Origin: Armatimonadota bacterium
Lineage (GTDB): Bacteria; Armatimonadota; SYMT01
Length of the DNA: 64,000 nt
Reading direction: 5' to 3'
NCBI GenBank assembly: GCA_041690135.1
Contig: JAWLHY010000003.1
Coordinates: 946,397 to 1,010,396, forward strand
Shown here piece after piece: positions 53,957-63,876 of this stretch. The first letter of the stretch is position 1. Each line of letters opens with the position of its first letter. The notes under the pieces were generated by a model. That model saw nothing but the letters and a program-made list of their open reading frames with translations. It was not told the DNA's origin and did not search any database. Both the position numbers and the translations under genes were made by a program.

Positions 53957-55918
53957 TCAGGGGAGTTGGAAGGACCAGAAGACCGGAATCAGCGCGGTGG
54001 AGAGGATCCAGAGCAGCACGTTGAGGGGCAGGCCGATGCGGGTGAAGTCGGTAAAGCGGTAGCCGCCGGGGCCGTACACCATCATGTTGGTCTGGTAGCC
54101 GATGGGGGTCGCGAACGCCAGGGTCGCCGCGAACATGATGGAGATGGCGAACGGCCGCGGGCTCACCCCCAGGTGCCCGGCGATGGCCACGGCCAGCGGG
54201 AACATCAGGGCGGCGGCGGCGTTGTTGCTCACCATTTCCGTCAGGACCATGGTCACCAGGTAGACCGCGGCCAGAACGGCGACCGGGCCCCACTGGCCGG
54301 CGGTGCTCACCACCACCTCGGCGATCAGCTTCGCGGCGCCGGAGGCCTCCAGCGCCTTGCCCAGCCCGAAGGATGCGGCGATCCCAATGAGGGTCTGCCA
54401 ATCCACGCTGGTGAGGGCGTCCGCCGTGGAGATGCAGCGGCTGGCAATCATCAAGAGGGCGACCACGAACGCCGTCACCACGATGTCGGGGATGACCAGG
54501 GCGACCGGGCCGAGGTGCAGGGTTTCGCCGCCGAACATCATCAGCGAGATGAGGATGCCCAGCAGCACCAGTGCCAGACGGCTGCGGTCGTACCGAATCG
54601 GACGGCTGTCCTCCACACTACTGACCAGGATGAAGTCCGGGTCGTTCCGGTGCGCGCGTGCGAAGTGGGCGCCGGTCTGCAAGAGCAGGGTGTCGCCGGC
54701 ATGGAGCACGATGTCGCCGACGCGGCCGGCCAGGCGTGTTCCACCGCGGTGGACCGCCACCACGGCGGCGTTGTATACGGCACGGAAGTCCGCGTCGCGG
54801 ATCGTCTTGCCGATCAGCGGAGAGCGCGGGGAGATGACCGCCTCGGTCAGTCGCCGCCCCCGGCGCTGTTCGGCCCGGGTTTCATAGCCGTCGCCCACGG
54901 CCGGCACCAGTCCGGGGATCTTCTCCAACTCCACGATGGAGGAGACTACACCGGTGAAGGTCAGGCGGTCGTGTTCTTGCAGCACCTGATCGGGACCCAC
55001 CGGGCAGATCGCCTGTTCAGCGCGAGAGATCTCCACGAGGAAGAGGCCAGGGAGTTGCCGGAGGCCGGCCTGTTCTACCGTCTGCCCGATGAGCCGGCAG
55101 CCGGGATGGACCACCACATCGGTGAGGTATTCCCGCGCCGACTCGCCATACTGTTCAATCAGGTCCTTCCGGTCGGGCAGCACACGTCGTCCGACCGTGA
55201 AGATGTAAGCGACACCCAGGAGCGCGCAGGCAATCCCGAGCGGCGCGATCTCGAACATGGAAAGGCCGCTGAGGGCCTGCCGGGTGCGCGGGTCCGGGGC
55301 GGAGGCGCTCGCCTGGAGCATCAGGCCGCTCACCACCAGGTTTGTGCTGGTCCCGATGAGGCTGCACATGCCACCCAGCAGCGTGAAAAACGAGAGGGGG
55401 ATGAGCAGCCGGGAGGGGGAAACGCGGTTCTTCCGGCACCACTCGGTGACGATCGGCAGCATCATCGCCACAATGGGCGTGTTATTCAGGAAGGCCGAGA
55501 GGGGATTGAGCCACAGGGCCATCCGGATCAGGGCAGCCTGTTCTGTTTTCGCCTTTCCGAGCATGCGGGCGCCAATCGCCTCCAGCGCGCCGGTTTCCCG
55601 CATGGCCGCCGCCACCACGAAGAGGGCGGCCACCGTCAACATCGCTTCGTTGGAGAAGCCCCGGAACGCCTGCTCCGGAGTGAGGATGCCGGCGACGGTG
55701 CAGGTCAGGGTACCGGAGAGTAAGAGTACATCCGGGGAGCCCCACTCCTTCACCATGCCGACGAAGACTAGCAGGATGACCGCCAGGGCGAAACCGGGAC
55801 GGCCCAGGGTAAGCAGGCCCAGGACGGCCAGTCCGAGCAGCAGAAATGGGATCGCCCTTGCGGCCGTCCCTGCTCCGCTCCGCTTTCGGGTGTCGGAGAG
55901 AATCCCTTCGGTAGCCAT
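53957..55918 (-). CDS. SLC13 family permease with TrkA-C domains (probable sulfate transporter)
   Basis: SAFLNNTP, LIGTSTN, two RCK_C domains, TE..SNNA, TPIGYQTN.MVYGPGGY.F.DF. Confidence 0.93.
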   Translation of the reverse strand: MATEGILSDTRKRSGAGTAARAIPFLLLGLAVLGLLTLGRPGFALAVILLVFVGMVKEWGSPDVLLLSGTLTCTVAGILTPEQAFRGFSNEAMLTVAALFVVAAAMRETGALEAIGARMLGKAKTEQAALIRMALWLNPLSAFLNNTPIVAMMLPIVTEWCRKNRVSPSRLLIPLSFFTLLGGMCSLIGTSTNLVVSGLMLQASASAPDPRTRQALSGLSMFEIAPLGIACALLGVAYIFTVGRRVLPDRKDLIEQYGESAREYLTDVVVHPGCRLIGQTVEQAGLRQLPGLFLVEISRAEQAICPVGPDQVLQEHDRLTFTGVVSSIVELEKIPGLVPAVGDGYETRAEQRRGRRLTEAVISPRSPLIGKTIRDADFRAVYNAAVVAVHRGGTRLAGRVGDIVLHAGDTLLLQTGAHFARAHRNDPDFILVSSVEDSRPIRYDRSRLALVLLGILISLMMFGGETLHLGPVALVIPDIVVTAFVVALLMIASRCISTADALTSVDWQTLIGIAASFGLGKALEASGAAKLIAEVVVSTAGQWGPVAVLAAVYLVTMVLTEMVSNNAAAALMFPLAVAIAGHLGVSPRPFAISIMFAATLAFATPIGYQTNMMVYGPGGYRFTDFTRIGLPLNVLLWILSTALIPVFWSFQLP

Positions 55919-55973
55919 TCTCAATTCATCCGTGGCCGTGAGCGGCGGTCACAAACGTACTCGCTGCAGGTAA

Positions 55974-56031
55974 GAAGAATGGGGGAATGGAAGCGGCTAC
56001 AAGCCGGAAGTCTCCCTTTCCCCCATTCTTC
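55974..56031. repeat. 14-bp perfect inverted repeat between sat and the permease
   Basis: GAAGAATGGGGGAA / TTCCCCCATTCTTC. Confidence 0.7.
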
Positions 56032-56075
56032 GTTTCTCCCGTTCGTACCGGTCTTTCGACCGGCCGGAGTGGTTC

Positions 56076-57248
56076 TTAGGCGCCCGCTTCCTGCATGGCG
56101 TTGATCAGGATCTGGGCCACCTCAGGGCGGGTGAACTCCATCGGCGGCACTTCGCCCGCGCGCAGCATCTCGCGGACCTTGGTCCCGGAGAGAGCTACGT
56201 GCTGGTCGCGGCCGTGCGGGCAGGTCTTGCCGCTGGCCATACCTTCACAGGCCTTGCACCAGAAGCTGTGCTCGAACTTCAGCGGCACGATCTCGATCGC
56301 GGACGGATCGAATTCGTCGAAGATGAGCTGAGCATCGTAGGTGCCGTAGTAGTTGCCCACGCCCGCGTGGTCGCGGCCCACGATGAAGTGGGTGCAGCCG
56401 TAGTTCTTGCGGATGATGGCGTGGAAGATCGCCTCGCTCGGGCCGGCGTAGCGCATCGCGGCCGGGTTCACGGCCAGCATGGTCCGGTCGCCGGGGTAGT
56501 AGTTGGAGAGGAGGGCGACGTAGCACTTCATCCGCACGTCGGCCGGGATGTCGTCCCCCTTGGTCGCGCCGACCAGTGGGTGGACCAGCAGGCCGTCGAC
56601 CATCTCCAGCGCGCACTTCTGCAGGTACTCATGGGCGCGGTGGATCGGGTTGCGGGTCTGGAACGCCACTACCGTCTTCCAACCCTTCTCGGCAAACGCG
56701 GCGCGGGTCTGGGCCGGGGTCAGGCGGTACTCGGGGAAATCGCCGTACGGAGGGAGGGCCACTGCTTCGATGTCGCCGGCGAGGGCCGTCGCACCCTGCG
56801 CGTACACGGCGGCCACGCCGGGATGCGCTTCGTCGGTGGTGCGGTAGACGTTCTGCGCTTCCTTCTCCTTCTGGAGAGGAAACTTCTCCGCCAGCTTCAG
56901 CACGCCCGCCAGCGTGGTGCCGTCTTCATAGTAGAGGGCGATCTCCTGGCCCACTTCGAGGCCCGCGGAGACGCTGTCTTCCGGCGCGAGAACGATCGGG
57001 ATCGTCCAGGCCAGCTTGCCGCCGGGAAGGTGGCGGGTGTCGATCACGGAGGCGTACGCCTCGGAGTTCATGAAGCCGGTGAGCGGGCTGAGGCCGCCGG
57101 TGGCGATCATCTCGAAGTCCGACGCCTGTCGGCTGTTGAGGACGATCTTCGGCAGCGAGGCCGCGCGCGCGCGGATCTCCTCGGCCTGTGCGCCTTCTAC
57201 CAGGCGGTTGATCAGCGTGCCGCCGTGCGGCGCAATCAGAGAACTCAT
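56076..57248 (-). CDS. sat: Sulfate adenylyltransferase (ATP sulfurylase)
   Basis: PHGG.L, VAFQTRNPIHRAHE, MRYAGP.EA, NYGCTHFIVGRDHAG, SGTKVR. Confidence 0.97.
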   Translation of the reverse strand: MSSLIAPHGGTLINRLVEGAQAEEIRARAASLPKIVLNSRQASDFEMIATGGLSPLTGFMNSEAYASVIDTRHLPGGKLAWTIPIVLAPEDSVSAGLEVGQEIALYYEDGTTLAGVLKLAEKFPLQKEKEAQNVYRTTDEAHPGVAAVYAQGATALAGDIEAVALPPYGDFPEYRLTPAQTRAAFAEKGWKTVVAFQTRNPIHRAHEYLQKCALEMVDGLLVHPLVGATKGDDIPADVRMKCYVALLSNYYPGDRTMLAVNPAAMRYAGPSEAIFHAIIRKNYGCTHFIVGRDHAGVGNYYGTYDAQLIFDEFDPSAIEIVPLKFEHSFWCKACEGMASGKTCPHGRDQHVALSGTKVREMLRAGEVPPMEFTRPEVAQILINAMQEAGA

Positions 57249-57302
57249 GGGTCCTACTACTTTCCTTTCTTGGGGTGGGTCTTGGGGTGATGTGGAGAAA
57301 AA

Positions 57303-58967
57303 CTACTCGGCGCCGGCCGCCACGGGGTTCTCCGACAGCAGGGAGCGCAACTCCTCATCGCTGTGGCGCGCGAAGAACTGGCGGATGTTCTCGTCGGGCA
57401 TGCGGACCGAGAGATAGGTCCGCATCAGGCGCTCGATGGCGGCCGGCACTTCCGTGGCGGGGCAACGATAGCCGACCTTGCGCCCGAAGGCCTGGTGCAG
57501 GCCCACGGCGCCGCCCAGGAAGAAGTAATAGGCGTCGACCATCTTGCCGTCGACTTTCACCTTCTTTCCTTCCAGGCCGATATCCGAGATCCAGTGCTGG
57601 CCGCAACCGTTGGGGCAGCCGGTTACGTGGATCTTCAGGTGCTGGTCGAAACCGGGCAGGCGATCGTCGAGCTCACCGACGAGCCACTGGCTGAAGCCCT
57701 TGGTCTCGGTGATGGCCAGCTTGCAGAATTCGGTGCCGGTGCAGGCGATCGCACCACGCCAGAAGGGGGAGCCGGAGACGGGCAGCCCGGCGGCGTTCAA
57801 TTCCTTCGCCAGTTGTGCGGCATTCCGGTCCGGCACATTGACGATCACCAGGTTCTGCATCACGGTGGTGCGGAGCTCGCCGGCCGCGTACCGGTCCGCC
57901 AGGGCGGCCGCCGCACGCATCTGTTCGGGGCTGATCCGTCCGCGCAGCACCGAGGCGCCGACATAGGAGTAACCTTCCTGCTTCTGCCGGTGGATGCCGA
58001 TGTGGTCCCGGAACGCGTCGTTCGGGATCTCATCCTCTACCCCTGGCTCCAACCGGTAGCCGATCCGCGCTTCCAGTTCTTCCAGGAAGCTCCCGGCGGT
58101 CCAGCCCTCGCGCATGAAGAGGTACTTCAGGCGGGCCCGCTCCCGGTTGACCCGCAGCGCGTCCGCGTCGCGGAAGATCTCGGAAATGCCCCGGACTACG
58201 GAGGGAACCTGGTGCCACTGGACGAAAGCGGGGAGCTTGGTGGCAAAGTGGGGCTCGGTGGAAAGCCCGCCGCCCACGCGCACTGAGAAACCGACCTCCT
58301 CGTGTCCGCCGACGGTGCGCTTCACGGCCGTCATCCCGATGTCGTTGATTTCGGGATAGCTGCACCAGCTCCGGCAACCGGAAATGCAGATCTTGTACTT
58401 CCGCGGCAGGTTGACGAAGGTGGGGTCCCCCGTCATCATCCGGGCCGTCTGGTGGACCAGGGGGCCGGCGTCGCAGATCTCCTCGGCATCCACGCCGGAG
58501 AGGGGGCAGCCGGTCACGTTGCGGGTCACGTCGCCGCAGGCCCCCATGGTGGTGAGCCCGCACTGCCAGAGGCGCTCGAAGAGGTCCGGCAGGGCTTCGA
58601 TCGGCACCCAGTGGAGCTGGAAGTTCTGGCGCACCGTGATATCGGCCACGCCGCGGGCATATTGCTCCGTCAGGTCGGCGATGGTGCGCAACTGGTGGGA
58701 GAAGAGCTGGCCGGAAGGAAGCTTGACCCGAACCATGAAGTAGGGGAGGGCGTTGCCCTCGCCACCCTTGCCGCCGGTGACCCCCAGGCCGTCGCCCTGG
58801 GTGTAGACTCCCCACCAGCGGAAGTACATGTTCCACTCCGGCGGGATCGACTCGAACCCCTCCCGGGCAAACCGCCGGATCTCATCCAGGCAGTCCCATG
58901 GGTTCTTCGCACGCTTCAAGCGCTCCGCCTTCTGGGCCTTCGTTTCCTTAACCGGTGTCGTTTCCAC
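57303..58967 (-). CDS. Ferredoxin-type sulfite/nitrite reductase (siroheme, 4Fe-4S)
   Basis: T.RQNFQ, NLPRKYK, ACTG.EFC.LA, TGCPNGCGQ; sulfur operon context favours sulfite reductase. Confidence 0.93.
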   Translation of the reverse strand: METTPVKETKAQKAERLKRAKNPWDCLDEIRRFAREGFESIPPEWNMYFRWWGVYTQGDGLGVTGGKGGEGNALPYFMVRVKLPSGQLFSHQLRTIADLTEQYARGVADITVRQNFQLHWVPIEALPDLFERLWQCGLTTMGACGDVTRNVTGCPLSGVDAEEICDAGPLVHQTARMMTGDPTFVNLPRKYKICISGCRSWCSYPEINDIGMTAVKRTVGGHEEVGFSVRVGGGLSTEPHFATKLPAFVQWHQVPSVVRGISEIFRDADALRVNRERARLKYLFMREGWTAGSFLEELEARIGYRLEPGVEDEIPNDAFRDHIGIHRQKQEGYSYVGASVLRGRISPEQMRAAAALADRYAAGELRTTVMQNLVIVNVPDRNAAQLAKELNAAGLPVSGSPFWRGAIACTGTEFCKLAITETKGFSQWLVGELDDRLPGFDQHLKIHVTGCPNGCGQHWISDIGLEGKKVKVDGKMVDAYYFFLGGAVGLHQAFGRKVGYRCPATEVPAAIERLMRTYLSVRMPDENIRQFFARHSDEELRSLLSENPVAAGAE

Positions 58968-59004
58968 TCCGTAATCCCTTTCCCGCAGGTTCAGAGCCAA
59001 CCGA

Positions 59005-59937
59005 CTACTGGGCCAACTCCGCGTAGGTCGGCGTCGACAGGTAACGCTCACCCGTGCTCGGCAGCACAGTGACAATCAGCTTGTCGGCGTTCTCCGGGCG
59101 CTTCGCCACCTGCACGGCCGCCCACACTGCGGCGCCGGAGGAGATCCCGGCGAGGATGCCTTCCTCGCGCGCCAGGCGGCGGGTCATGGTGACGGCGTCA
59201 TTGTTCTCGACCGTGATCACCTCATCCAGCAGGTCGACCCGGAGCACTTCCGGAACGAAGCCGGCGCCGAGCCCCTGGATTGGATGGGGACCTCGCGGCT
59301 TCCCGGAGAGCACGGCGGAAGCCGCGGGCTCCACCGCGATCACCTGGAAAGACGGCTTGCGCGCCTTGATCACCTCTGCCACGCCGGTGATGGTTCCGCC
59401 CGTGCCCACGCCGCCCACGAAGATGTCTACCTGCCCGTCCGTATCGCGCCAGATCTCCTCCGCGGTAGTCTTGCGGTGGATTTCGGGATTTGCCGGGTTT
59501 TGAAACTGCTGCGGAATGAAGTAGCGCGAGTCGGCGGCCGCCATCTCCTCGGCCTTCTGCAGCGCGCCGATCATCCCCTGCGCGGCCGGAGTGAGCACGA
59601 GCTCGGCTCCCAGGGCCTTGAGTAGGACCCTGCGCTCCATCGACATCGTCTCGGGCATCACCAGGGTGCAGCGATATCCGCGCGCCGCGCAGACGAATGC
59701 CAGGCCGATGCCGGTATTGCCGCTGGTCGGCTCGAGGATGACGGTATCCGGACCGATCTTACCGGTCTGCTCCGCCGCCTCGATCATCGCGAAAGCAATG
59801 CGGTCCTTCACGCTGCCCAGGGGGTTGAAGAATTCCAACTTCGCCGCCACGGTCGCCGTACAGCCTTCGGTTACCCGGTTCAGGCGGACCAGCGGGGTGT
59901 TCCCGATCAAATTTGTGACTGACTCCGCGATCCTCAT
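59005..59937 (-). CDS. cysK: Cysteine synthase A
   Basis: [48 protein letters not shown]. Confidence 0.97.
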   Translation of the reverse strand: MRIAESVTNLIGNTPLVRLNRVTEGCTATVAAKLEFFNPLGSVKDRIAFAMIEAAEQTGKIGPDTVILEPTSGNTGIGLAFVCAARGYRCTLVMPETMSMERRVLLKALGAELVLTPAAQGMIGALQKAEEMAAADSRYFIPQQFQNPANPEIHRKTTAEEIWRDTDGQVDIFVGGVGTGGTITGVAEVIKARKPSFQVIAVEPAASAVLSGKPRGPHPIQGLGAGFVPEVLRVDLLDEVITVENNDAVTMTRRLAREEGILAGISSGAAVWAAVQVAKRPENADKLIVTVLPSTGERYLSTPTYAELAQ

Positions 59938-60046
59938 TGCCGTCTCCCTTCGATTTCCGATGCCGGAGCATCAACTATCTGTGGGTTCCCCGGTCCGAAC
60001 AACTCCTGCCCCGGAGGCTGCAACCCCTGGCCCCCGGAGAGGGCAT

Positions 60047-60098
60047 CAACTTGCAACCCTCAACCTGCAACCTGCAACCCGCAAACCTGACAACCCGG
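60047..60098. repeat. (CAACCTG) heptamer array between rrf2 and cysK
   Basis: CAACTTG CAACCCT CAACCTG CAACCTG CAACCCG. Confidence 0.75.
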
Positions 60099-60145
60099 CA
60101 GAGACTAATGGTTCCAGGGTGTCGGCCAAGCGGTGAACCCAGAAG

Positions 60146-60601
60146 TTATAGCCCCAGCATCAAGCTTTGGGCCTCATCCAGTTTGTGCACCTCCGCAAGA
60201 AGATCGGCCAGCGTCGTTCGCTCCATTTCATGACGCAGCGACTCACAGAGACGGGAGTGAAGATTCTGAATGACATAGGTCGCCGGGCGGAGACTGTCCG
60301 GCTGCAGGCCCTTCTCCGACGGCGACTCCTTGAGGAAGTCCTGCCCGTGGAGCGCTTCGAAGACCTCCGCCACCGTCAGGCGCTGGGGTTCCCGGCCGAG
60401 GACATAGCCGCCCGCCGCGCCCCTAACGCTACGCACCAATCCGGCACGCCTTAGGATGACCAGCAATTGGTTCAGGTACGACTCCGGGATCTCCTGGCGC
60501 GCGGCGATCTCCCGGCTCTGGGCCGGCGTGCCGGGGGACTGCACCGCCAGGTCCAGCAGGGCGCGCAGGGCATAATCGACTTTAGAGGTGATGATGGCCA
60601 C
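60146..60601 (-). CDS. Rrf2 family regulator (CymR-like)
   Basis: K.DYALRALLDLA, IA.RQ.IP..YL.Q, L.RAGLVRSVRG..GGY.L, TLADL; lacks the three Fe-S cysteines. Confidence 0.93.
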   Translation of the reverse strand: MAIITSKVDYALRALLDLAVQSPGTPAQSREIAARQEIPESYLNQLLVILRRAGLVRSVRGAAGGYVLGREPQRLTVAEVFEALHGQDFLKESPSEKGLQPDSLRPATYVIQNLHSRLCESLRHEMERTTLADLLAEVHKLDEAQSLMLGL

Positions 60602-60630
60602 TTCTGTCCCCGGATGATACCTGACTAAAC

Positions 60631-60677
60631 TGACTGCTACAGTCACCATTCTATCACCCCGCCGAAGCGAGGGTCAA
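60631..60677 (-). promoter_or_regulatory. sigma70 promoter of the sulfur operon with an adjacent palindromic operator
   Basis: TTGACC-18 nt-TAGAAT with extended TG; TGACTG-cta-CAGTCA at 60631-60645 overlapping the expected start site. Confidence 0.6.
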
Positions 60678-60860
60678 TCGCAGCACGCCCTCTCAACCGG
60701 TGAATGCATGGGTTGTTCCGCTGGACAGGATAGCTACAGGACCGCTTCCGGAAGGATTGCCCTTCAGCGCCGGCAGCTTTTTACCACTACCCCCATGGGA
60801 ATTCCGGCTCTTTGCGCAGGCCGGGGATGGCCCGCGAGGGCCGGGAATGGGTGGAACCGT

Positions 60861-63716
60861 ATGGAAGCAGGGATTACATCGGAGGCAAACGACGTGGGGA
60901 CCTCCCCGGCGCGTGTCGCGGCTGGAGACGCAGGGGCTCGCCGCAAGTTGGGCGCCGTCAGCCTGGTATGCGCTCTCTTCGTGCTCTCCGGTGCGTGTGG
61001 TCTGGCCTATCAGGTGGTATGGGCCAAGTATCTCGGGCTATTCCTGGGCAACACCGTGCTGCTGCACACCGCCGTTCTCGGTTCCTTTATGGGCGGTCTT
61101 GCCCTGGGCAGCCTCGCTATCGGCACCCGTGCCAGTCGCTCCGCAGCGCCGCTCAAGGTCTACGGCTGGTTGGAGTTGCTGATCGCCGGCTATGCTCTCA
61201 TCTTTCCCCAGGTGGCCGGATGGGGTCATGAGGCGGTGATTCGCATGGCAGAGACGTTCCCGCCGGGTACGGTGCCGCTCCTGGTCGTGCGGGTGATCAT
61301 GGCGATGCTGTTGCTGATCGTGCCCACCCTCCTGATGGGGGCTACCTACCCTTACCTGACCGCGCACCTGGAGCGGACAGTCGAAAGCGGCACGCGCGGC
61401 GCAAACTGGCTCTACGCTGCTAACTGCGGGGGCGCGGTACTGGGGGCGCTCGTCACCGGGCTGGGCCTCATCCCGGAGCTTGGGATCTCGGCCACGCTCA
61501 TGGCGATCGCCATACTCAATATCGCGGTGGCCCTCACCGCCATCCTGGCTTCGGGAAGGGATGCAGATCGTGCGGAGACTTCGCCCGCCACCGCCATTGT
61601 GCCGAAGGCCGGGGCGCATACGGACCGGAGCCTGCTCTTCGCCATCTGCCTCTCCGGCGCTACGGCGTTCATCTATGAGTTGGTGTGGACGCGGTTGTTC
61701 GCGGTGACCCTGGGCAGCAGCACCTACTCCTTCACCCTCATGCTGGCTGCCTTTATCACGGGTTTGGCCCTGGGCAGCGTGATGTCGGACATGGTGCCCG
61801 CTGTCCGGCGCAATGCGTGGGCCGTGTTTGCTGCCTCGGAACTGCTGATCGGACTCGCCATCGCTCTGGCTCTTCCACTTTATCCGCGGCTGCCCTACTG
61901 GCTCTGGAAGGTGAAATGGCTGCTGCGGGCCTCCGAGGACACCCTGGGCCTTTACCTGCTGCTGCAGTACGGGCTGATCTTTGCGGTGATGGCGGTGCCC
62001 ACGTTTCTCTTCGGCCTCACCTTCCCGGCGGCGATTCGGGCGGCCGCATCCGGCCTTCGGGGAAGTGAGCAGGAGGGGGAGAATGGGGCCGTGGCCGATC
62101 ACGCCGCCGCGGTGTACGGATGGAACACCATTGGGACGCTCGTGGGCGTAGCACTGGCCGGTTGTGTGCTCATTCCCTGGCTGGGACTGCGCGGCAGCCT
62201 CATCGTCGGAGCCGGTCTCAATCTGGGGATCGGCCTCCTGGTGGCCGCCCGCTCGGGCATCCTCCAGCGCAGGCCGTTACCCTGCTGGGGTATGGCGGGC
62301 GCCGTCGTACTGGTGCTGGTGGTCGCGCCGGCCTGGCATCCGCTGAGCCTAACCTACGGAGCCTTCCGCACCCAGGGGCGACCACCCGCAACGTGGGCCG
62401 CCTTTATGGAGCGGATCGAAGCGCGCCGGCAAGTGTTCTACCGCGAAGATTTCGGCACGACGGTCGCCGTCCTCCGGACCAAAGATGGGGACGGTCAGGT
62501 CGAACAGTTAAGTCTCGTGGTAGATGGTAAGACGGACGCGAGCTCCGTCGGCGATCTGGCCACACAGTCGCTATTGGCGCACGTCCCGATGTTCATCCGG
62601 CCCCAGGCGAAGGACGTCTTCGTGGTGGGCCTGGGAAGCGGAGTGACCGTGGGCAGCGTGCTGGCGCATCCCGTGGAGCGCGTAGACTGCGTGGAGATTT
62701 CGCGCGCCGTCGTTGAGGCGGCCGGCCACTTCCGCGAGGCTAATCGTGACGCCCTCAAGGATCCGCGGGTGAACCTGGTAGTGGACGATGGACGCACCGT
62801 CCTCGGCGCCACCCGGAAACAATACGACCTGATCATCAGCGAGCCGACGAACCCCTGGATCTCCGGAGTGGGGAACCTCTTTTCCGAAGAGTTCTTCCGT
62901 CTCGCCGCTTCGCGTCTCAAATCCGACGGCGTCATCGCGCAGTGGTTCCATGGGTATGAGCTGGACGATCGCCTCGTAGCGACGATCCTCCGCACCTTCC
63001 GCGGGGTCTTTCCACACGCCGTCATCTTCCAGGGGAACCAGACGGATTACATCATGATCGGATCCCGCGAGCCGCTGACCCCCGATTTCCTCCGGATGCA
63101 GGAACGTTTCTCCAGCGCACCCGTCGCGCGGGATCTCTCCCGGATCGGCATCCGGGGCATTGCGGGGCTCCTGGCCCTCCAGCTCCAGACCGAGGGTGGG
63201 GTGGAAGAGCTCGCGCGCGACGGAGCGATCAACAGCGACGATCTGCCGCTGCTGGAGTATCTCGCTCCCCGGAGCCTCTATGTCAGCGCCTTCGCCCAGC
63301 GGATCGTCGACACCGACGCTCGCACCGCACCCGGGAGCGGAACGTGGCTGAGCCGCTACCTCGCCCGGCCGGATACCGGTGCCGGTGATTACGCGGCGGT
63401 GCTCACCGCGCTGGCGGACTCTCGGATCGGGAACGGGAAGCTGTATGAGAAGTCCCTGCGCTATTACCTGTCCCGGTGGCCGCGGCACCCCGAGCGCTCC
63501 CTGGAGCTGGCCGTCATCCTCGCCAATCGCCGCGACTTCGACGGCGCGCTAACGTATGCTAACGCGGCCGTGGCGGCAGGTAACCCGGCCGCTCGGGCCA
63601 TACTGGAGCGTATTCGGGGCGACCTGGCGGCGACCCAGCAGACGGGACTGCTTCCCGGCGTGCATTCCGAGCGGAGCGGCGGGCGGGAAGCCAAAGTCGG
63701 TATTAACAAAAGCTGA
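60861..63716 (+). CDS. Fused MFS-like membrane domain / spermidine synthase-like protein with a TPR-like tail
   Basis: SG..GL.YQVVW, LMGAT.P, LY..N..G, DGKTDAS, VGLGSG.T, VEI, DDGR, YDLIISEP.NPW, NSDD.P.LEY. Confidence 0.92.
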   Translation: MEAGITSEANDVGTSPARVAAGDAGARRKLGAVSLVCALFVLSGACGLAYQVVWAKYLGLFLGNTVLLHTAVLGSFMGGLALGSLAIGTRASRSAAPLKVYGWLELLIAGYALIFPQVAGWGHEAVIRMAETFPPGTVPLLVVRVIMAMLLLIVPTLLMGATYPYLTAHLERTVESGTRGANWLYAANCGGAVLGALVTGLGLIPELGISATLMAIAILNIAVALTAILASGRDADRAETSPATAIVPKAGAHTDRSLLFAICLSGATAFIYELVWTRLFAVTLGSSTYSFTLMLAAFITGLALGSVMSDMVPAVRRNAWAVFAASELLIGLAIALALPLYPRLPYWLWKVKWLLRASEDTLGLYLLLQYGLIFAVMAVPTFLFGLTFPAAIRAAASGLRGSEQEGENGAVADHAAAVYGWNTIGTLVGVALAGCVLIPWLGLRGSLIVGAGLNLGIGLLVAARSGILQRRPLPCWGMAGAVVLVLVVAPAWHPLSLTYGAFRTQGRPPATWAAFMERIEARRQVFYREDFGTTVAVLRTKDGDGQVEQLSLVVDGKTDASSVGDLATQSLLAHVPMFIRPQAKDVFVVGLGSGVTVGSVLAHPVERVDCVEISRAVVEAAGHFREANRDALKDPRVNLVVDDGRTVLGATRKQYDLIISEPTNPWISGVGNLFSEEFFRLAASRLKSDGVIAQWFHGYELDDRLVATILRTFRGVFPHAVIFQGNQTDYIMIGSREPLTPDFLRMQERFSSAPVARDLSRIGIRGIAGLLALQLQTEGGVEELARDGAINSDDLPLLEYLAPRSLYVSAFAQRIVDTDARTAPGSGTWLSRYLARPDTGAGDYAAVLTALADSRIGNGKLYEKSLRYYLSRWPRHPERSLELAVILANRRDFDGALTYANAAVAAGNPAARAILERIRGDLAATQQTGLLPGVHSERSGGREAKVGINKS

Positions 63717-63725
63717 AATCGGGTA

Positions 63726-63754
63726 TTGACGCCCTACAGGCCCGTGAGTATAAT
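63726..63754 (+). promoter_or_regulatory. Strong sigma70 promoter, rrn P1-like
   Basis: TTGACG-17 nt-TATAAT followed by a GC-rich discriminator. Confidence 0.85.
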
Positions 63755-63841
63755 CTCGCCTGTCGCCGGGAAGGCCCGGCCGGTGAGCAGGGAAAGCCGC
63801 TCCCGGCCGAACGAAGTCCGGAGAAAACCTGAAAACAGGGC

Positions 63842-63870
63842 TTGACTTCAAGAGGTCTCGCGGCTATAGT
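63842..63870 (+). promoter_or_regulatory. Second sigma70 promoter, rrn P2-like
   Basis: TTGACT-17 nt-TATAGT. Confidence 0.8.
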
Positions 63871-63876
63871 TAACAA

